64,000 nucleotides of DNA from the NCBI GenBank assembly GCA_963787755.1, contig CAWBEG010000001.1, positions 28,089-92,088 of the forward strand. The letters run 5' to 3'. Shown piece after piece: positions 63,441-64,000 of this stretch. A program made the position numbers and the translations under genes. The notes under the pieces are model-generated. The model was not told the origin of the DNA, searched no databases, and was given only the letters and a program-made list of their open reading frames with translations. Every line of letters begins with the position of its first letter. Position 1 is the stretch's first letter. This DNA is from Vicinamibacterales bacterium. Lineage in GTDB: Bacteria > Acidobacteriota > Vicinamibacteria > Vicinamibacterales > JAMQPK01.

Positions 63441-64000
63441 ATGAAACACATCATCTCTTCTGCCCTTATTGCGCTCGTCGTGGCGGTTCCGGCGTCGGCG
63501 CAAAGCCGATTGAAGCTGCCGCCGAATCTCTTTGCGGCAGGCCAGACCGTACCCGGCCAGGCCCCGCCGACCGTTCCGCTTCCGGTTCAGACCGATTCGG
63601 GCGGACCGCGCGTATCGCTGACGCTCGAAGACGCGGTGAAGCGCGCCCTCGAGAACAACCTCGATATCGCAGTCGAGCGCATCGGCCAGCAGATCTTCGA
63701 CGTCAACATGGCGAGCATCCGATCGGTCTACAGCCCTGTTGTGTCGTCGCTCATCAGCAATCAGAGCTCGAAGAACGCGTCGACCAGCACGATTTCCGGC
63801 GGGCAGACGGGCGCGACCATCACCAACTCCACGTTCGTGTTCAACGGCGGCCTCGCGCAGGACGTGAAGTGGGGCGGCGGCAATTTTTCTGCGACGCTCG
63901 ACAATCGACGCCAGGAAACGTCGAACCTGACCGCCACGATCAATCCTTCGTACCAGCCGACGTGGTCGGCGCAATACACCCAGCCGCTGCTGCGCGATTT
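63441..64000 (+). CDS. TolC family outer-membrane protein (runs off the window end)
   Basis: Manual translation MKHIISSALIALVVAVPASA...LTLEDAVKRALENNLDI...YTQPLLR. Confidence 0.85.
   Translation, partial: MKHIISSALIALVVAVPASAQSRLKLPPNLFAAGQTVPGQAPPTVPLPVQTDSGGPRVSLTLEDAVKRALENNLDIAVERIGQQIFDVNMASIRSVYSPVVSSLISNQSSKNASTSTISGGQTGATITNSTFVFNGGLAQDVKWGGGNFSATLDNRRQETSNLTATINPSYQPTWSAQYTQPLLRD

Noticed and set aside
1-64000. Mass pseudogenisation or programmed frameshifting
   Set aside because: Single-base indels fall in many unrelated genes without in-frame stops or shared slippery sites, consistent with long-read errors; raw reads are needed to confirm

Overview
GC-rich bacterial chromosomal segment. 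Gene content and intergenic repeat style resemble Acidobacteriota (Vicinamibacteria); this is an inference, not a database result. About 20 genes carry single-base frameshifts, most likely long-read assembly errors, so several gene boundaries below are reconstructed across frames. Content: a MutS-like ATPase; a PNPOx/GAF/wHTH regulator pair opposite a cytochrome c; an OmpR-type two-component system followed by an ABC-2 exporter and RtcB; two PQQ-quinoprotein/cytochrome clusters; a signalling island (SLOG, dual-TIR membrane protein, ECF sigma, Ser/Thr kinase); an amino-sugar recycling cluster (nagA, kinase, nagB, murQ); a type III PKS, methyltransferase and P450; and Na+/H+ antiporters. Best novelty candidates: (1) an unannotated 28-aa leader peptide with mutually exclusive terminator/antiterminator hairpins ahead of the ABC exporter and a zinc-ribbon-bearing RtcB; (2) a stand-alone SLOG gene beside a membrane-anchored two-TIR protein; (3) a putative flavin-sensing one-component regulator with 11-bp-periodic operator repeats. 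No rRNA, tRNA, CRISPR array or transposase was seen.
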